From the NCBI GenBank assembly GCA_012518115.1, contig JAAYTD010000013.1:64179-128178 (forward strand): 64,000 nt of DNA. Reading direction: 5' to 3'. The position numbers were made by a program, and so were the translations under genes. The notes under the pieces were generated by a model. The model saw only the letters and a program-made list of their open reading frames with translations, ran no database searches and was not told where the DNA came from. This DNA comes from Ignavibacteria bacterium. Its GTDB lineage: Bacteria > Bacteroidota > Ignavibacteria > Kapaibacteriales > UBA2268. Position 1 is the first letter of the stretch, and every line of letters begins with the position of its first letter. Positions 9,418 through 19,440 of this stretch are shown in pieces.

Positions 9418-10005
9418 ATGGAATTAGAATTATTAAAAGATATATTGATTATAATGTCTTTATGTTTTCTTCTTGTAGCTATTGTTGTGTTTATAAGATT
9501 TTTTGTAACAATTAGAAAAACAGCTTTGGATGTGAACAATATGTTGCCTAAAATTGAAGAAGGGGTAGATGAAGCAAAAAAAACTATTATAGAGGTACGA
9601 ACTTCGCTTACGCCTAAATTAGAAAATTTGATTGCAACAATAAATTCTAATGTAGAAAATACGGGTGAAAAGATTTCGTTTACTTTGCAAGATATAAGCG
9701 AACTTGCTCAGGAAGGAAAACAATCTGTAAGAGTTGCAAAAGAATCATTGCAGAGTTCTTTGGAAAATATTGACAATCTTGTGTATAAAATGGAAGAAAT
9801 TACTTCAAATGTTGAACAAAATACAGGAAGCGTATTAGATGTTATAGGGAGAATTGCAAATCCTCTTAAAGATATAGTAAAAGTAGTTTCTGCACCTATA
9901 AATATAACAAAAAATGCAACAAGCCGATTTACTCGCGCAGTAGGGAAAGCGGCATCGGCATTCAAAGAAAAAATTATTGTTGGAAAAGATAAAAAAGAAG
10001 AATAG
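9418..10005 (+). CDS. DUF948-like membrane protein (YtxG-like), adjacent to the ytxH-like gene as in Firmicutes
   Basis: 195 aa; single N-terminal TM then a long predicted coiled-coil. Gene order ytxH-like then DUF948-like mirrors Bacillus ytxG/ytxH. Confidence 0.5.
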   Translation: MELELLKDILIIMSLCFLLVAIVVFIRFFVTIRKTALDVNNMLPKIEEGVDEAKKTIIEVRTSLTPKLENLIATINSNVENTGEKISFTLQDISELAQEGKQSVRVAKESLQSSLENIDNLVYKMEEITSNVEQNTGSVLDVIGRIANPLKDIVKVVSAPINITKNATSRFTRAVGKAASAFKEKIIVGKDKKEE

Positions 10006-10194
10006 AAAATATTAACTTTGAATTTAATAGACAAAAATACAAGTGCAAAAGATTTTATATTCTTAATTCATTGCATTTTTATTCAATAAATAAATAAAAA
10101 AACAAGTTGGAAAATTTATATTTTTTTCTAAATTGTTTGTGTAATTAATTATAATTTCGTATATTTGTATCTCATAGTTTGTTGAAAACGAGAA

Positions 10195-10220
10195 ACGGGC
10201 TGTAAGTAGCCCTTTTTTTT
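10195..10220 (+). terminator. Rho-independent terminator (GGGCTgtaagtAGCCC followed by T8) upstream of nusA
   Basis: Seen in sequence at 10197-10220. Confidence 0.6.
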
Positions 10221-10297
10221 ATCATTTTTATATGAAAGACATATAATTTACGTATAGATACAAGCAATATTATAATCAATCAATTAATTTATATCTG

Positions 10298-11764
10298 ATG
10301 GCACCAAGGAAAAAGAAACAAGGAGTAGATAAAAACTTAGTTATTGAAGCTTTTGCTGAGATGGCAAAAGATAAGAAGATAGACAAAGACCTTTTGCATG
10401 GCATAATAGAAGAAACTCTCTCGCTTATGGTAAAAAGAAAGTATGGCAATCATGCAGACTTTGAGATAGTTGTAAATATGGATAAAGGTGATTTGGAGCT
10501 TTATCTTATAAAAGAAATCGTTGAAGAGGTTACTGATCCTACCAAACAAATTACCTTAGAAGAAGCTCAAATGTATAGCGATGAAGAACTTGAGATTGGT
10601 GAAGAATTTATAGAAGAAATCACTTTAGAAAATATTGCTGAGAACTTTGGTAGACGTTTAATTTCTTTTGCTTCTCAAACTATGAACAGTAAGATTAGAG
10701 AAATCGAAAGAAATAATCTTTTCCTTGAATGTAAAGATAGAGTAGGTGAAATTGTTACAGGTGAAATCTATCAAGTAAGACGAAATGAAATTATTTTATA
10801 TAATAATAAATTTGAAATGAAATTGCCACGTTTAGAGCAAATTCCTAATGAAATGTTTAGAGTAAAGAAGAATAAGACTATTCGTGCAATAATTAAGGAA
10901 GTTAGACAAACTTCAGCTGTAGCACCTGAAATAATTTTAAGTAGAAGATCAGAAGAATTTTTAGTAAAACTATTAGAGATAGAAGTTCCAGAAATTTCAG
11001 ACGGTATTATCCAAGTTAAAGCAGTAGCTAGAGAACCTGGTGTTCGTGCTAAAGTATCTGTAGCTTCTTTAGATGAAAGAATAGATGCTGTAGGAGCATG
11101 TGTAGGAATAAAAGGAGTACGCATAAACTCAATTATGAGAGAACTCAACAATGAACATATTGATTTAGTTTATTATTCCGATGATCCTGTGAAATATATT
11201 TCTAATGCTTTGACACCAGCTACCATAAAAGAAATTATTCTTTCTCTAGAAACAAAAAGTGCTACGGTTATTGTTCCTGAAGAACATGTTTCGACTGCAA
11301 TAGGACGTAACGGACAAAATGTACGATTAGCTTCTCAACTTACTGGATATGATATTAAGTTGTTGAAAGAAGGTGGCGAAGATATTGAAATACAAGAGTT
11401 TGAAGAGGAAATAGGTAGTTTCTTCCTAGAAAACTTATTAGAAGCAGGAATACAAACAGCAAGAGATTTCCTTGAAACAGAGCCTGAAGTATTGTTGAAA
11501 ATAGAAGGTAGTCAAGCTGAACTTATTATGGAAATAAGAAAAGCTATGTTAATAGAATTTAATGAAAGAGAAGATAAAGAATATGTGAATTTATTGATGC
11601 AAGCGGCAGAACGAATTGATGATGAAGAAGAAAACTACGATGAAGATGAAAACACAGAGTATATAGATGACAAAGCAGAGAACGATATAGAAACAATAAA
11701 TGAAGAAGAGAGCGATGAACTTCAAAATGAAGAGACTTTGGAAGATGAAGAAAATCTTCAGTAA
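10298..11764 (+). CDS. nusA: Transcription termination/antitermination factor NusA with acidic C-terminal tail
   Basis: 488 aa; N-terminal domain, S1 and two KH regions recognisable (GEIVTGEIYQV..., GVRAKVSVASLDERIDAVGACVGIKGVRINSIMRELNNEHIDLV); D/E-rich C-terminus. Confidence 0.9.
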   Translation: MAPRKKKQGVDKNLVIEAFAEMAKDKKIDKDLLHGIIEETLSLMVKRKYGNHADFEIVVNMDKGDLELYLIKEIVEEVTDPTKQITLEEAQMYSDEELEIGEEFIEEITLENIAENFGRRLISFASQTMNSKIREIERNNLFLECKDRVGEIVTGEIYQVRRNEIILYNNKFEMKLPRLEQIPNEMFRVKKNKTIRAIIKEVRQTSAVAPEIILSRRSEEFLVKLLEIEVPEISDGIIQVKAVAREPGVRAKVSVASLDERIDAVGACVGIKGVRINSIMRELNNEHIDLVYYSDDPVKYISNALTPATIKEIILSLETKSATVIVPEEHVSTAIGRNGQNVRLASQLTGYDIKLLKEGGEDIEIQEFEEEIGSFFLENLLEAGIQTARDFLETEPEVLLKIEGSQAELIMEIRKAMLIEFNEREDKEYVNLLMQAAERIDDEEENYDEDENTEYIDDKAENDIETINEEESDELQNEETLEDEENLQ

Positions 11765-11845
11765 GTAAAAACGACAGATAACAAAAACAATTGTAAATTA
11801 TAAAATATAACTAAATATATACAAATAATTATATTAACCAAAAAT

Positions 11846-14800
11846 ATGTCATCAAAAATAAGGCTTATTAAAATTGCTTCTGAAATTAATGTTAGCAAAG
11901 ATACCATTGTAGAGTTTTTGCTTTCCCGCGGTTTTGATATAGATAATAAACCAACAGCAACACTTGATAAAAATATGCAAGATGTTGTTTATGAAAAGTT
12001 TCATAAAGAAAAGCAAAAAGCGGAAACTCAACGCGAAAAGCTATTGCAACAAAAAGAAATAAGTATTGTTGCTAAAGCAGAAGGAAAACAAGAAAGCACC
12101 GATGAAATAGCAAAAGAAGATGCTAAACCAGTTGGTGCTGCTGAGCCTGTTGCTGTTGAAAAAACTAATGAAAAAAGCATAACTGAAGAAATTGTAGATA
12201 AAGTAGATGAAGTTGTAGAAAAAACAACTGCTTCTAAAGATAAAGAATTAGAAGATGACAAGCAAAAAGAAGCTGCTGAGACTAAAGAAATTATAGATCT
12301 TAATAAATTTGATGACAAAAAAGAAACAGCTACTCAAACTACAGAAACCAAGCAAAAACAAGTAGTAAAAAAAGTAAGTGACAAAAAGAAAACTACAAGA
12401 CCTAAAGAACGCGCTGCTAAAAAAGGAAAACTTACTCAAAATCTCGGTGATTTGTTGAAAAAAACAGATATAGTTGTTGCTAAGGAAACTGATGTTACTG
12501 AATTACCTACACGAATACAAGCGAAAATTGAAGCTGAAAAACGATCTCAAAAGGGTAAAACTACAGAAAAACCTCCTTTAGGTGATACTGAAACTTCACC
12601 AGCACCTTCGTCTGAAGAAAAGTTAAGTGAAGAAAAAGAGGATGCTAAGGAGAAGATTTCAGCAAAAACTGAAACTTTACCAGCACCTCTGTCTGAAAAA
12701 AAAGAAGATATTATTGAAGAAGCTTTGGGCGAAACTAAAGATGAAGAAAGTTTTAAGCCGGGTGATAAGATGGAACTTAAAGGTTTGACAGTGCTTGGTA
12801 AAATTGATCTTAAGACAGAAGCTTCTTCTGAACGTACCGCAAGAGATAGACGGTCGAAAAGAGATAGAGCAGCAAAAAGAGATAGACGGTCGAAAAGAGA
12901 CTCTAGCGCAACAAAAGAACGTAACGAAAAAGATAAGAAAAATATTAGAGACGGTAAAGATACTAAAGACTATAGAGATAGAAGACGTAGAAATAAAGAT
13001 GAAGGTGTAAAAAGTCAAGATAAAAAGTTTATATCAAGAGGCGAGAATAGACAAAAGCCAAAAGCTGAAAGCGATACATCTAATTTCCGTTCAAAACAAA
13101 AAAGTGCTAATGCGCCGGTACAACGTGTGTTTACTGATGAACCGGCACAACCAGCTAAATTAAAAAATGCAATGTATGCGGAGAAAAAGAAAAAAAGAAG
13201 TATCCGTGAAACATTGTCTGAAGAAGATGTGAACAGAAAAATCCGCGAAACGTTAAGCGGAATGGACGATCACTCTTTGAATATAAGAAGATCTAGAATT
13301 AAGCAAAAGAAAAAAGCTGATAGAGAAGAAAAAGAAGCTAAATTGCAACAACTTTCTGAAATTGAATCGCATACACTTTCGTTAACCGAGTTCGTAACTA
13401 CAAATGATTTATCTAAATTGATAAATGTTCCTGTGAATGAAATTATCTTGAAATGCATGGAACTTGGACTTATGGTAACGATTAATCAAAGGCTTGATAA
13501 AGATACTATTTTGCTTATAGCTTCTGATTATGGTTTGGAAGTAGAATTCGAAGAAGAAGATAAGATTCCAGAAATAGAACTTATAGAAGATAAACCTTCT
13601 GATTTGTTGCCAAGACCACCTATTGTTACTATAATGGGACACGTTGATCACGGAAAAACTTCATTACTTGACCATATTAGAAATGCCAATGTGGTAGCTG
13701 GAGAAGCAGGTGGAATTACACAACATATAGGAGCATATCGTGTGGTTTTGAAAAGTGGGAAATCTATAACTTTCCTAGATACACCTGGACACGAAGCTTT
13801 TACTGCGATGAGAGCTAGAGGCGCTCAAGTTACTGATATAGTTGTATTAGTTGTCGCAGCTGATGATAGCGTAATGCCGCAAACTATTGAAGCTATAAGT
13901 CATGCAAGAGCTGCTAACGTACCTATTGTAGTAGCTATTAATAAAATAGATAAACCTGATGCTAATCCTGATAGAATTAAACAGCAACTATCCGAACAAG
14001 GAGTGCTAATAGAAGAATGGGGCGGAAAGTTTCAAAGTGCGGAAATATCAGCAAAAAAAGGAATAAACATAGATGTATTGCTTGATAAAATTTTACTCGA
14101 AGCAGAAATGTTAGATCTTAAAGCTAATCCTAACAGAAATGCTAATGGAATAGTTATAGAATCTAAAATGACAAAAGGCTGGGGTAATGTAGCTACTGTA
14201 GTAGTACAAAACGGAACTTTGGAAATAGGACATTCATTTGTTGCTGGCGCTAGCTATGGAAAAACAAGAGCTCTACTTGACGAAAGAGGAAATAAAGTAG
14301 AAGACGTATTACCGTCGCAACCTGTAGTGGTTATAGGATTTGACGGATTGCCAGAAGCGGGCGATACTTTTAATGTTGTAAGTTCAGATACTCAAGCAAG
14401 AGAAATTGCTACCAGTAGAAGACAATTGCGTAGAGAACAAGAGATGAGAAAAGTAAGACATATTACTCTCGACGATATTTCTGCTCAAATTTCTATTGGA
14501 GGCGTAAAAGACTTGTTCCTTGTTATCAAAGGAGATGTTGCAGGTTCTGTTGAAGCACTCAGCGACTCTTTACAAGAACTATCTACAGCAGAAGTTAGAG
14601 TTAATATTCTACATAAAAGTGCAGGTAATATTACTGAATCTGATGTTATGTTAGCTGCTGCTTCAAATGCTGTTATAATAGGATTTAATACCGATACTAT
14701 GAGTCAAGCAATGAGACTTGCTGATATGGAAAATGTTGAGATTAGAAACTATAATATAATATATGACTGTATTAATGAAATTCAACTAGCTCTTGAAGGT

Positions 14801-15118
14801 ATGCTGAAACCTGAAATTAAAGAAGAAATTCTAGCTACTGTAGAAGTTAGACAAATATTCAAAGTAGGAAGATCAGTACAAATAGCAGGTTGTTATGTCC
14901 TAAGTGGTAAAGTCTCAAGAAATGATAAAGTAAGGATACTTAGAAATGGGCTGCCAATACATACCGCAGTAGTAAGTTCTTTGAGAAGAGGTAAAGACGA
15001 TGTAAGAGAAGTTGAACAAAATTATGAATGTGGAATACAAATAGAAGGTTGGAACAACTACGAAGAGAATGATATTATAGAAGCTTATAAACTTGTGGAA
15101 GTTAAAAGAAACTTGTAA
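11846..15118 (+). CDS. infB: Translation initiation factor IF-2 with a long K/E/R-rich low-complexity N-terminal region
   Basis: 1090 aa; G-domain motifs GHVDHGKTSLLD, DTPGHEAF, NKIDK. Sits downstream of nusA as in the canonical nusA-infB operon. Confidence 0.95.
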   Translation: MSSKIRLIKIASEINVSKDTIVEFLLSRGFDIDNKPTATLDKNMQDVVYEKFHKEKQKAETQREKLLQQKEISIVAKAEGKQESTDEIAKEDAKPVGAAEPVAVEKTNEKSITEEIVDKVDEVVEKTTASKDKELEDDKQKEAAETKEIIDLNKFDDKKETATQTTETKQKQVVKKVSDKKKTTRPKERAAKKGKLTQNLGDLLKKTDIVVAKETDVTELPTRIQAKIEAEKRSQKGKTTEKPPLGDTETSPAPSSEEKLSEEKEDAKEKISAKTETLPAPLSEKKEDIIEEALGETKDEESFKPGDKMELKGLTVLGKIDLKTEASSERTARDRRSKRDRAAKRDRRSKRDSSATKERNEKDKKNIRDGKDTKDYRDRRRRNKDEGVKSQDKKFISRGENRQKPKAESDTSNFRSKQKSANAPVQRVFTDEPAQPAKLKNAMYAEKKKKRSIRETLSEEDVNRKIRETLSGMDDHSLNIRRSRIKQKKKADREEKEAKLQQLSEIESHTLSLTEFVTTNDLSKLINVPVNEIILKCMELGLMVTINQRLDKDTILLIASDYGLEVEFEEEDKIPEIELIEDKPSDLLPRPPIVTIMGHVDHGKTSLLDHIRNANVVAGEAGGITQHIGAYRVVLKSGKSITFLDTPGHEAFTAMRARGAQVTDIVVLVVAADDSVMPQTIEAISHARAANVPIVVAINKIDKPDANPDRIKQQLSEQGVLIEEWGGKFQSAEISAKKGINIDVLLDKILLEAEMLDLKANPNRNANGIVIESKMTKGWGNVATVVVQNGTLEIGHSFVAGASYGKTRALLDERGNKVEDVLPSQPVVVIGFDGLPEAGDTFNVVSSDTQAREIATSRRQLRREQEMRKVRHITLDDISAQISIGGVKDLFLVIKGDVAGSVEALSDSLQELSTAEVRVNILHKSAGNITESDVMLAAASNAVIIGFNTDTMSQAMRLADMENVEIRNYNIIYDCINEIQLALEGMLKPEIKEEILATVEVRQIFKVGRSVQIAGCYVLSGKVSRNDKVRILRNGLPIHTAVVSSLRRGKDDVREVEQNYECGIQIEGWNNYEENDIIEAYKLVEVKRNL

Positions 15119-15124
15119 TTTATC

Positions 15125-15600
15125 TGATTAATAGATTAGAATTAATGTTGGGCGTGTTGAATACGCCCTTTTTTGTTTGAACTGTGATTTAAAATTTTCC
15201 TTCGGTGAATGTTGGGGCGTATTGCATACGCCCTACGAAGTTTGACGGGGTAGTCTATTAATTGTCTGAACCGGGATTAACAGGATTAAAGGATTAGCAG
15301 GATTGTGCCGTAGGCACAAAATTTCGGTAAAAGAAATGTAATCTTACTTATCTCGTCCCATACGGGACGAAACATAAGCAAGTATAAGTTTTTACCGATA
15401 TTTAATCCCTACGGGATTTTTAAGGATATATAATTAATAACCACACCTCCCCGCTGCGCGGGTACTCCTCTCAAAGAGTAGAATTTTCACCTCTGCGAAG
15501 AGCTGCAAATTCCCCTTTGGTACGAAGGGGTGGCAAACGAAGTTTGACGGGGTAGTCATTAATAATATCATCCCTAACGGGATTTATTAGGATATATAAT
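15125..15600. repeat. Second locus of GC-rich palindromic mosaic repeats, at the convergent infB / glycosyltransferase junction
   Basis: Contains ttgggcgtgttgaatacgccc, ggggcgtattgcatacgccc, gtgccgtaggcac, cgtcccatacgggacg, atccctacgggat, ccgctgcgcgg, and reverse-complement copies of the gactaccccgtcaa...ccccttcg..cgaagggg module (15233-15256 and 15489-15560). Confidence 0.7.
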
Positions 15601-15644
15601 TCATAACTCTCAAGAGGAAAATTTTATAATTATGGTTCAGTTTA

Positions 15645-16784
15645 TCAATTTTTTTTAAAAACTTGACCTTTCCATTCTACTTCTTGATTAATAAGAGTAA
15701 AAGGAATAATAATTTCAAGTATGCTACACATAGTTATAAATATAATTATGCCACGTTTTAAATGTCTTCTATCCAATATGTTATATATAGGGAATAAAAC
15801 AAAAACATCACCTAATATTCTTATAATTACATTAATAGCTAGTAATATCAAGCTTGTTTCAATGATAGCAATAATAAATGTAGCGGTTATACAAGCTGAT
15901 GATAGTACATGAAGAAAAGCTTTCCAACCAAGGGATATTCCGCCGATAGCCCATCTTTTATGCTGCTTTATATATTCTTTTATTGTTGGACATGCTAAGG
16001 TTTCAACATTAGTTTTTTTATCGCATATATGTCGCACTTCATATTTTCCTTCCAATACAGCTTTAAGCAAAGTATAATCTTCTGTAACAGAAAATTCTAA
16101 ATTATGGTATCCGCCAACTTTGTAATATGCTTCTTTAGAAACCGCTAAATTATTACCGAAACAGCCTAATGCGGTGCCTAAACCTATTCCTGCACTAGCG
16201 TAAGTATTCATATAGGTCCATTCTGCATCTTGGAATTTAGCAAAAATATTTTCTCCTTTTATGCTTGTATAGGCGGCAACAAGTCCTACATTTTTATTAA
16301 TAGTATTGTCATCTTCATTTAAGAATTGAGATACAATAGTAGTTATCCATTGTTCATTTACAGTACAATCAGCATCTGTCATTAGAAAAATTTCACCTTT
16401 AGCTATATCAAATCCTGCTTGTAATGCTCCCGGTTTTCCTCTAAGATTTTGATTCTTTGTTTCTTCAGTAATATTTTTCAATATGACATTATCATATTCT
16501 TCTGTAAATTGTTTTACTATATTGGCGGTATTATCATCTGATCTATCATTTACGACAATAAGTTCAAATTTATTTTTTGGATAATCCGATTTAGTAATAG
16601 ATCTTATGCACTCGGCTATATTTTTTTCTTCATTTCTAGCGGGAACGATAACAGAGATGAAAGGAAGAGAATCGTTTATAGTAACATTTTCTTTTTTCTG
16701 TTTTCTTTCTTTATAGGAAGCAGCAACGATTATAATAATTCTTAATATATATATAATGCAGCATATTATAAATAATAATTTCAT
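15645..16784 (-). CDS. Membrane-bound family-2 glycosyltransferase of the processive type (QxxRW motif)
   Basis: 379 aa; N-terminal TM; GT-A motifs (VIVPARNEEKNI, TDADCTV) and QHKRWAIGGI followed by C-terminal TM helices, as in NodC/cellulose-synthase/ceramide-glucosyltransferase-like enzymes. Confidence 0.75.
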   Translation of the reverse strand: MKLLFIICCIIYILRIIIIVAASYKERKQKKENVTINDSLPFISVIVPARNEEKNIAECIRSITKSDYPKNKFELIVVNDRSDDNTANIVKQFTEEYDNVILKNITEETKNQNLRGKPGALQAGFDIAKGEIFLMTDADCTVNEQWITTIVSQFLNEDDNTINKNVGLVAAYTSIKGENIFAKFQDAEWTYMNTYASAGIGLGTALGCFGNNLAVSKEAYYKVGGYHNLEFSVTEDYTLLKAVLEGKYEVRHICDKKTNVETLACPTIKEYIKQHKRWAIGGISLGWKAFLHVLSSACITATFIIAIIETSLILLAINVIIRILGDVFVLFPIYNILDRRHLKRGIIIFITMCSILEIIIPFTLINQEVEWKGQVFKKN

Positions 16785-16801
16785 AACAAATACATTAAAT
16801 T

Positions 16802-16978
16802 TTAATTTTCTTCGTTGTCCTCTTGTATCATATTTTTAATAACATCTATAATTCCGTCAGAGTGTTGAACCATAGAATTTTCTATTTTTTTCATCATTTC
16901 CTTAGCTATCATTTCGGATAGTTGCCTTTTTTGTTCTTCGCTTAGATCGTCTGTTTTTACATTCTTTAATAATTTCAT
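16802..16978 (-). CDS. Small acidic hypothetical protein (58 aa), possibly co-transcribed with the GT2 gene
   Basis: Unlisted ORF MKLLKNVKTDDLSEEQKRQLSEMIAKEMMKKIENSMVQHSDGIIDVIKNMIQEDNEEN; tightly packed between pyrC and the GT2 gene; no homology recognised. Confidence 0.3.
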   Translation of the reverse strand: MKLLKNVKTDDLSEEQKRQLSEMIAKEMMKKIENSMVQHSDGIIDVIKNMIQEDNEEN

Positions 16979-17009
16979 ATAAATTCAAATATATAATTAA
17001 ATAATTAAA

Positions 17010-18293
17010 TTATAGTTCAGATGTGATAAATTTGTTATTATTTATGATAAATTTAGGTTTTCCGATAAACTTTTCGTCTATAAATGGAGAATTTATAGCT
17101 TTAGATTTAAATTTTTCTTTTTTAACAATCCATTCTTCGTTTGGAGCAAAAATAGTTAGATTAGCTGTTTCGTTTTCTGCTATTTTCACCTGTTCCATTT
17201 TCATTATTTTTCTTGGGTTAATAGCTAGTAATTCTATAATTTTATTTAATTCTATTTTTTCTTGGTGGTGTAATTTAGTTAGTACTGCACCAAGAGTAGT
17301 TTCCAATCCTATAACACCGTTAGGAACGTTTTCAAATTCAACATCGCGCTCATATTGAGAATGTGGTGCATGGTCACTAGCTATGCAATCAATAGTGCCA
17401 TCTTTTATTCCGGCTATAATAGCATCAATATCTTCTTGTTGTCTAAGCGGAGGGTTCATTTTAAAATTAATATCATAGCTTTGAATTTTTTCGTCTGTAA
17501 AATAAATATGGTGTGGAGTAACTTCTGTACTTACTCTCAATCCTTTATTTTTAGCATCTCGCACTAAATCAACAGCGCCACGTGTAGAAATATGTTGAAT
17601 ATGATAACGTCTATTTCCTGTATATTCGGATAATTTTAGATCGCGTTGAATAATAATTTCTTCAGCAATATTTGGATAGCCTTTCAATCCTAATTTTATA
17701 GAGGTTTCACTTTCATTTACTGAGAAATTTTTTGTCAAGGAATGTTCTTCGCAATGTTGTGCTAAAAGTAAATCATTTGGAGTAGCAAAATTAAAAGCAC
17801 GTTTCATAACTTCGGCTGAGCATACACAAGATCCATCGTCTGTAAAATAAACTACTCCGGCTTCATTTAGTTCTAACATTGGTGAGAGATTTAATCCTTC
17901 ACGATCTTTAGTGATAGTAGCTGCAATTTTTACAGTTACGGGTAAATTTTCAGCCTTCTTGTTGATATAGTAAACTATTGGTAGCGAATCTATAGCAGGC
18001 GAAGTATTTGGCATACAAACAAGTTCAGTAAAGCCACCGTTTGCAGCTGCAGCTACACCTGTTGCAATAGTTTCTTTCGCGGAAAAACCGGGATCTCGTA
18101 AATGAACGTGCATATCAATAAATCCGGGTGCAGCAACAAGATGACTAGCTTCAATTATTTGCATATCATCTGTTTTTTTTATTGCTTCTTCGCTTATTTT
18201 ATGTATCTTTCCATCAAGAATATGTAAATTGAGAACTTTATCAATTTTTTGTACTGGATCAATTAACCGTATATTTTCAAAAAGAATATTCAT
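17010..18293 (-). CDS. pyrC: Dihydroorotase
   Basis: HxH metal motif (IDMHVHLRDPG) near the N-terminus, cyclic amidohydrolase fold, ~427 aa. Start moved to MNILFENIRLIDP. Confidence 0.85.
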   Translation of the reverse strand: MNILFENIRLIDPVQKIDKVLNLHILDGKIHKISEEAIKKTDDMQIIEASHLVAAPGFIDMHVHLRDPGFSAKETIATGVAAAANGGFTELVCMPNTSPAIDSLPIVYYINKKAENLPVTVKIAATITKDREGLNLSPMLELNEAGVVYFTDDGSCVCSAEVMKRAFNFATPNDLLLAQHCEEHSLTKNFSVNESETSIKLGLKGYPNIAEEIIIQRDLKLSEYTGNRRYHIQHISTRGAVDLVRDAKNKGLRVSTEVTPHHIYFTDEKIQSYDINFKMNPPLRQQEDIDAIIAGIKDGTIDCIASDHAPHSQYERDVEFENVPNGVIGLETTLGAVLTKLHHQEKIELNKIIELLAINPRKIMKMEQVKIAENETANLTIFAPNEEWIVKKEKFKSKAINSPFIDEKFIGKPKFIINNNKFITSEL

Positions 18294-18586
18294 TTTTTTA
18301 AACCGATAATTAAAATAATTACAAATATACAAAAAATTATTTTTTAAAAAAAAGAGATAGTTTTTTCTTTACTATCTCTTTAGTTTAATTTGTCAAATTT
18401 GTCAAATTTGTCAAAATTTATGTCTTGCTCCATATACGCGTGTTCAAGTTCAAATCTTCTACAATTCCTATTACTAATTGCAAATCTTCGAAGTATGAAG
18501 TTATTTTTTCTTGATTTGCAACAGACGAAATAAGTTTCGTTTCAAATAGAGCTTTTTTATATGGGATAGCTACAAAGACAGAAGAA

Positions 18587-19429
18587 TCAACAAAACTTAG
18601 AGAAGGTGTTTTGTTGCATTTTTTTTTGAAAATCTACCAAACGCTGCATCATACTTGAAGACAGAATATATCTTGCTTCGACTTGGTCGCTTCCGTAAAC
18701 GGCAAATATTTTTTCAAATTCAGGGTTTTCTAATTGAATTAATTTTCCGTGTGATGAGCCTATTTTTTGGAACATTTGTCCGATTTTTCCAAATTTTCTT
18801 TCAGCAAAATCAGGAAGAACGAAGTATTTTCCATTAAAATTCTTGTGAAAATCAGCAACACAAAACAATCCGTCAAACAAAGGTGCATATTCATCTTTGT
18901 CATCATCTGATGACGAATATTTATATTTAGCATGAATTTCCGAGAACATAATTTCTGTTTTATCAATTATGCCACTTACATAGTCATCACCATAGTATTT
19001 GTCAGGATATTGAGTAAAAATTTTTGATTTTATAAATACATTTTGGGGTATATAGTTTGTAGGTTCATACTTCAGACCTTCATGAATAAAATGAATTATA
19101 GGTTCTATAATTCTCTTTTTGAACTCAATGGTAAATTTCTTCTTAATACTTCTACACTGCGCTGGTAAAGTTAAAATTAAAATAAAAGATACTATTACTG
19201 CTATTATCATAGGTATTGCAATATCATCATTATTTTCTAAAAAAATAGAGCCATATATAGCACTATTAATTAAAGCGCCAATCAGTAATACTACAGCTAT
19301 AATTAAGATAAATATAAATATTCTTTTAATTATTTGCTTTATGGTGGACTTGCGTAATGTATCAATACTGTCTAATTCGCTTTGTAAATTATTTTTATAA
19401 AATGCTTGGAACTCTTCAATAGTTTTCAT
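18587..19429 (-). CDS. DUF3137-like membrane protein (LemA-associated); C-terminus probably truncated by a frameshift at a T9/A9 homopolymer (18619-18627)
   Basis: Two TM segments then a conserved globular region, immediately downstream of lemA as is typical for DUF3137. Reading through the A9 tract in the -1 frame extends the ORF ~70 codons to ~18386. Confidence 0.55.
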   Translation of the reverse strand: MKTIEEFQAFYKNNLQSELDSIDTLRKSTIKQIIKRIFIFILIIAVVLLIGALINSAIYGSIFLENNDDIAIPMIIAVIVSFILILTLPAQCRSIKKKFTIEFKKRIIEPIIHFIHEGLKYEPTNYIPQNVFIKSKIFTQYPDKYYGDDYVSGIIDKTEIMFSEIHAKYKYSSSDDDKDEYAPLFDGLFCVADFHKNFNGKYFVLPDFAERKFGKIGQMFQKIGSSHGKLIQLENPEFEKIFAVYGSDQVEARYILSSSMMQRLVDFQKKMQQNTFSKFC

Positions 19430-19440
19430 AGTTGATAGAT

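Noticed and set aside
12028-13651. Several 60-113-aa ORFs on both strands within the infB 5-prime half
   Set aside because: They fall inside the low-complexity K/E-rich coding region of IF-2 and have no independent signals.
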